Shown: positions 60,390 to 64,000 of the stretch, one piece after another | Layout: each line of letters starts with the position of its first letter | How positions within the stretch are numbered: the first letter of the stretch is position 1 | DNA from: Candidatus Nomurabacteria bacterium | GTDB lineage: Bacteria; Patescibacteriota; Minisyncoccia; Phycocordibacterales; CAIJYI01 | Direction of reading: 5' to 3' | Assembly (NCBI GenBank): GCA_943356445.1 | Contig: CALREZ010000003.1 | Span: forward strand, 6,125-70,124 | Length of the DNA stretch: 64,000 nucleotides | Position numbers and translations under genes: made by a program | Notes under the pieces: model-generated | What the model saw: the letters and a program-made list of their open reading frames with translations, nothing else | Told to the model about the DNA's origin: nothing | The model's database searches: none

Positions 60390-61000
60390 ATTTCTCCGAT
60401 TGTTTTGATATTTTTTAAAGTAATATAATTAGAGAGTTTTTTGTTATAAACAGACAGCTGTTGTAAAACGTCTTTCTTTTCTCTTCCTGGTGGAATTATC
60501 ACGATAAATCCCCATTCTATTAATTTTTCTATCGTGACATTTTGAGTTGAACGACTTCCATCTTTTCTTTGTGTGACTCTTTCCAAAAGATATTGTCCCA
60601 ATTTTTTATTTTGCCCAAAAACAAGAAACTGTAAATCGCTCGCCCCTTTCCAGACAGCAACTACGGTAAATAGCTTTTTATCAGAAAAAGCTTTTGCTTT
60701 TTCTTCGTTTGTATCATTCCATGTCCCACCCCATCTTTTAGAAGATAAACTACACTGTTTTACCTCAAGAAATTCCCCTGTTGAACTTCTTTTAGCATCA
60801 AAACCGTGCTTTTCGGTATTAACCAAATCAAAACCCAAATAACCCGCAACGATAGTATCTCTTATTGAATTTATTGTTGTATCGGTATCGTATATTTCAA
60901 ATTTATCTTGAAATTCTGACAATTGTTGCAAAGCTAATAATCCCAATTGTTTGAATTCGTTTGAAAGCGGTTTAAAATTTCCCTTTTCAAAAATGTTCAT
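60386..61000 (-). CDS. Putative type II restriction endonuclease (PD-(D/E)XK-like), convergent with and overlapping the methyltransferase gene by 4 nt
   Basis: Position opposite the MTase, and GFDAK-(x9)-EFLEVKQ fits D...(D/E)xK. No family was recognised, so this is inference. Confidence 0.4.
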   Translation of the reverse strand: MNIFEKGNFKPLSNEFKQLGLLALQQLSEFQDKFEIYDTDTTINSIRDTIVAGYLGFDLVNTEKHGFDAKRSSTGEFLEVKQCSLSSKRWGGTWNDTNEEKAKAFSDKKLFTVVAVWKGASDLQFLVFGQNKKLGQYLLERVTQRKDGSRSTQNVTIEKLIEWGFIVIIPPGREKKDVLQQLSVYNKKLSNYITLKNIKTIGEI

Positions 61001-61091
61001 AAAGTAATTTTATTACCACACTAATACCCCAAGTATCTCTCTACTCTACCACGGAGGAGTTTCAAAAACAAAGGCTGTCCCCAAGAGAACG

Positions 61092-61161
61092 AATCGGGTC
61101 ATTTGCTCCTATTTGACCCGATTGTGGGTTGGAAAAACCGGCTGTTTTTGGCCGGTTTTTA
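61092..61161. repeat. Right 70-bp direct repeat bounding the R-M cassette
   Basis: AATCGGGTCATTTGCTCCTATTTGACCCGATTGTGGGTTGGAAAAACCGGCTGTTTTTGGCCGGTTTTT against the left copy at 57604-57672. Confidence 0.7.
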
Positions 61162-61178
61162 GGGTATTCGAGTGCTGG

Positions 61179-61604
61179 TTATTTTCCTCTCAGTTTTATG
61201 GATTTATAGAGGACGATTATAAGGGAAATGATGATGAAGACGGCAGACGTGAGAAAAGCGACGACCTGCTTGTCTATGAGCGAGGGCATGTAGCCGCCGG
61301 ATTGACCGTCGGGGGTGATGAGGACGAGAAGCATGGACATGGGTACCCACCATTTTGCAAAACGAAGCCATGAACGGAAAGTTTCTTCGCGGAGAGGGTA
61401 GGTGATGAGAGAGAAGATCGTGATAGGTAAAAATGACAAAAACATCAATTCAATTAAATACAAAACGTCCATACATGGGTAAATATTACCGTCAAGATAA
61501 CCTATCGTTGTACAAAGTTTAGTATTACCCAGATTGTCGGCTATCAGTAAAACTATTGATATAAGTATAGAAATACTTAATACTTTTCCCTTTGTTAATT
61601 TCAT
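61179..61604 (-). CDS. Hypothetical integral membrane protein
   Basis: Three or four predicted TM helices; ORF only. Confidence 0.45.
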   Translation of the reverse strand: MKLTKGKVLSISILISIVLLIADNLGNTKLCTTIGYLDGNIYPCMDVLYLIELMFLSFLPITIFSLITYPLREETFRSWLRFAKWWVPMSMLLVLITPDGQSGGYMPSLIDKQVVAFLTSAVFIIISLIIVLYKSIKLRGK

Positions 61605-61651
61605 ACCTCAAAAATTAATTTCTAACCACTCCATTATACCACACCTTATCC

Positions 61652-64000
61652 CTACCACTTCCATATTATCCACAACGCGCCCCCGACAAAAGAAACGAGG
61701 AGAATTCCTTCAGCGGCTTTTGTTTTGGGGAAGAATGGGGTGGCGAGGAGAGAGGAGGATTGGATTGATGGAGTTGTGGTTGGGACGACGACGGACGACG
61801 TGGATTCCGGCTCAGGGCCGGAATGACGGGGGACGGGAGATGTGTTTATTGCCGTTTCGTTATTATTGCGAATGACAAACGAAGGATTCTGAGAAAGTAC
61901 CACTCCTTCCCCAAGGTCTCCCCTTTCCCCGTCGCTTTGCTCCTCCTTAAGGGAAGACCTTGGGGAAGGAATCACGTTTTGTGAAAGAAACAACACGGGG
62001 ACAGCGCCGGAAACGACGGGTTTTGATTCTTCTTTTTTGGGACTCAAATCGGGGAGTACTGTTTCTCCCGCTTTCGGAGAGAGTGTGAATTCCAAAATGC
62101 CGTCGCCGTTTTCGTCTACCAATAAAGGCGATAGGTTTGATATTTCTCCACCCGCAGAGATATTCATGGTTGCGGTCGTGTTTTCATTACTCGGTATTCC
62201 GGCGAAAGAAGAGGAAGAAAGAACGGTATCGCCGCTGACGGTTTCCACCTCAAGGGTGAACGAGCCTTCTTCGTAGCCATCTAGAAAAAGACGAACGTTT
62301 GCAGTACTGGGGATGCTGACGTATTTCACTTCGCCGAAAGTCATGTACCTGCTGCCGGGGATGTTTTCTTCTGTTTGGTTTGTCGTAGTGGAAACGCCGG
62401 TGTGGTTGCCAAGATTGTCGTAGAAATCAATAGTAAGAGGAGAATGGAGGGTAAAACGGAGACGAACATCATTTTCGTTTCCTTGTGGAGCAAGAGTTGA
62501 AACATATTGAACGGCAGAAGAGCTATTACGAGTCACAATACCTCTAACAAAAGTAAGAAGTTCTGGAACTTCAAAAATATCTGAGTGATGTCTTCCAAGA
62601 GGAGCGGAAATAACATGTTCTTTATTATACTTTCTCAAATCCACCCAATACTTCCTCGCTCCGCTCGTCCAGAGCGCGCTGCTCGTCACGACCGTTCCAT
62701 CTCCGTCTATCGTCATGACCGGACGGAATTCCAACGCGGGGTCGGTATGGCAGGCTTCCAGGGTTGCTACGGTTTTGCAGCCGGTTTTTGAACCTTGATA
62801 ATACTCAATCGTCTTCAGCGTTTCTTCTCCCCAGCCGGCGATTTCGGTGAGTTCCACTCCGGTCGGAGGCGCCCAAGCGTCAAGGGTATTATGCAAAAGT
62901 GCGGCGTTATCAAAAAGTGCCGTATTCCCTTTCCATGGGTTTTTCAAATCGTCGTTCACTGCCAGAGCTTCCCGATTTTGGTCGGTCATAAAATTCCGCA
63001 ATCTTTCTTCGGAGCGTATCGTCGTTCCGTATTTTGCGCGCCAGTCGGCGAGCAAAGGAAAATCACCGAACTTGATAACCGGGTCATCGGTGTACGTAAA
63101 GTAATTTGCGGACGGCAGTAATCCGTAAGCGCTCGGCATGTTGTTGGCGAGGGTTCTTGCCTCCGACGGCGTAATGATATTGTTGAGCCAGTTATCAAAC
63201 GGGAGGCCTTGCTGGAAACCGTGCAGAATCGCTCCGACCGCGGACGGCGTTCCCGATTGAGGAGAAGCGACGAAAATCATTTGATCGGTGAGTTTGGAGG
63301 CGTCATCTCCCAATTTTATCGTTAATTCTTTTGCCACCAAACCGCCGTTGGAGTGCGCGATGATCGTCACTTTTCCCGTGTCCGAAGTTTCGGCGAGCGC
63401 GCGATATTTTTGCACCATCGCATCATCTACGGTATCAACCACAGAGTATCGCCAGTCATATGGGAATGATTGCCAGTTATGTATCGTTCCGTCGGTTTTC
63501 AGGTCATTCATTTTTCCCATGAACGACTGATAGATATTTCCTTTTACCGGCGCATAGGCGTTATCAATAATATCGCCGGCATATATTCCCGAGAGTATGG
63601 AAGTTCCGTCGCTGTTCATATAGAGATGCGAGTTGTCGTGGAGAATTTCCGGTTCCCACAATCTCGTGCCATCCAAACGATACAATCGGCTCGCTTCCAA
63701 CCCCGGCAAAAACGCCACGTTGGAATATCCGGCAGTAAATGAAAGTTCCCCGCTTGCCGGAAATCGCAACGTTCCGCCGTTCGCTTCAAAGTGATATCCG
63801 TAATGGCCTTTCGGGAAAGTTTGAACGAGAGAATATGCGCCGTTATCCAAAGCGAGTGAATAATGACTGGTCGCATTTCCATCATTCGTCCAAAGCATTA
63901 CATCGCTTGGCGCTGTTCCCGTGTAAGAAACGCCGAAAGTGAATTTCGTTTTATCGGCAACGCCTTTCGCATCTTGCCATCCGTCGTCCTCCGTTTCGGT
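61652..64000 (-). CDS. Large secreted alpha/beta-hydrolase (lipase/PGAP1-like, GHSxG-type AHSNGG nucleophile elbow) with a Pro/Ser/Thr-rich stalk and C-terminal TM anchor; the N-terminus lies beyond the window end
   Basis: TIIAHSNGGLVAKEL nucleophile elbow; C-terminal PEPESTSSVVVPTTTPS linker plus ILLVSFVGGALWIIWKW anchor. The reading frame stays open through 64000. Confidence 0.6.
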   Translation of the reverse strand, partial: TETEDDGWQDAKGVADKTKFTFGVSYTGTAPSDVMLWTNDGNATSHYSLALDNGAYSLVQTFPKGHYGYHFEANGGTLRFPASGELSFTAGYSNVAFLPGLEASRLYRLDGTRLWEPEILHDNSHLYMNSDGTSILSGIYAGDIIDNAYAPVKGNIYQSFMGKMNDLKTDGTIHNWQSFPYDWRYSVVDTVDDAMVQKYRALAETSDTGKVTIIAHSNGGLVAKELTIKLGDDASKLTDQMIFVASPQSGTPSAVGAILHGFQQGLPFDNWLNNIITPSEARTLANNMPSAYGLLPSANYFTYTDDPVIKFGDFPLLADWRAKYGTTIRSEERLRNFMTDQNREALAVNDDLKNPWKGNTALFDNAALLHNTLDAWAPPTGVELTEIAGWGEETLKTIEYYQGSKTGCKTVATLEACHTDPALEFRPVMTIDGDGTVVTSSALWTSGARKYWVDLRKYNKEHVISAPLGRHHSDIFEVPELLTFVRGIVTRNSSSAVQYVSTLAPQGNENDVRLRFTLHSPLTIDFYDNLGNHTGVSTTTNQTEENIPGSRYMTFGEVKYVSIPSTANVRLFLDGYEEGSFTLEVETVSGDTVLSSSSFAGIPSNENTTATMNISAGGEISNLSPLLVDENGDGILEFTLSPKAGETVLPDLSPKKEESKPVVSGAVPVLFLSQNVIPSPRSSLKEEQSDGERGDLGEGVVLSQNPSFVIRNNNETAINTSPVPRHSGPEPESTSSVVVPTTTPSIQSSSLLATPFFPKTKAAEGILLVSFVGGALWIIWKW

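Overview
The window looks like a small-genome, CPR/Patescibacteria-like bacterial chromosome segment. This is inferred from a short IF-2, a hinge-less SMC, a 23S rRNA with an intron and no linked 16S, and weak Shine-Dalgarno use. Most of the window is housekeeping: rpsP (partial), RNase R, SMC-like, ClpB, SOD, cysteine desulfurase, NUDIX, infB-rbfA, FolD, PurN, FtsB, LepA, MurJ, SecDF, GlyA, QueA, Tgt, SecG, RNase J, FtsW/RodA, and an envelope-glycan cluster. RNA genes are tRNA-Tyr, Cys, Leu, Pro, Phe and Gly, a 5S rRNA, and a 23S rRNA. The 23S carries a roughly 339-nt ORF-less insertion at the classic L2593 (I-CreI-type) group I intron site. The main accessory signal is an AT-rich island at about 56.3-61.2 kb. 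Within it, a roughly 3.4-kb cassette bounded by 70-bp hairpin-containing direct repeats encodes a single 502-aa ORF that fuses a complete LexA-like autopeptidase repressor (HTH, Ala-Gly cleavage site, S24 Ser/Lys) to a beta-class DPPY DNA methyltransferase. That ORF is convergent with a putative PD-(D/E)XK restriction endonuclease and sits next to a zinc-ribbon/DUF4145-like protein. This points to a restriction-modification module under SOS-like autocleavage control. Other notable items: a REP-associated tyrosine transposase (HuH motif) flanked by REP/REPIN-like palindromes beside tRNA-Tyr; a tRNA cluster carrying an HNH endonuclease and att-like duplicated tRNA 3-prime ends; a duplicated tRNA-Phe 3-prime end plus terminator; a dispersed roughly 125-nt palindromic element in two copies; a trypsin-like protein with all three catalytic residues apparently replaced; a macro-domain two-gene AT-rich insertion splitting tgt from queA; and a MazF toxin with an overlapping upstream micro-ORF. 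No CRISPR array was seen. All coordinates are approximate to a few nt, and all protein family calls rest on motifs recognised by eye.
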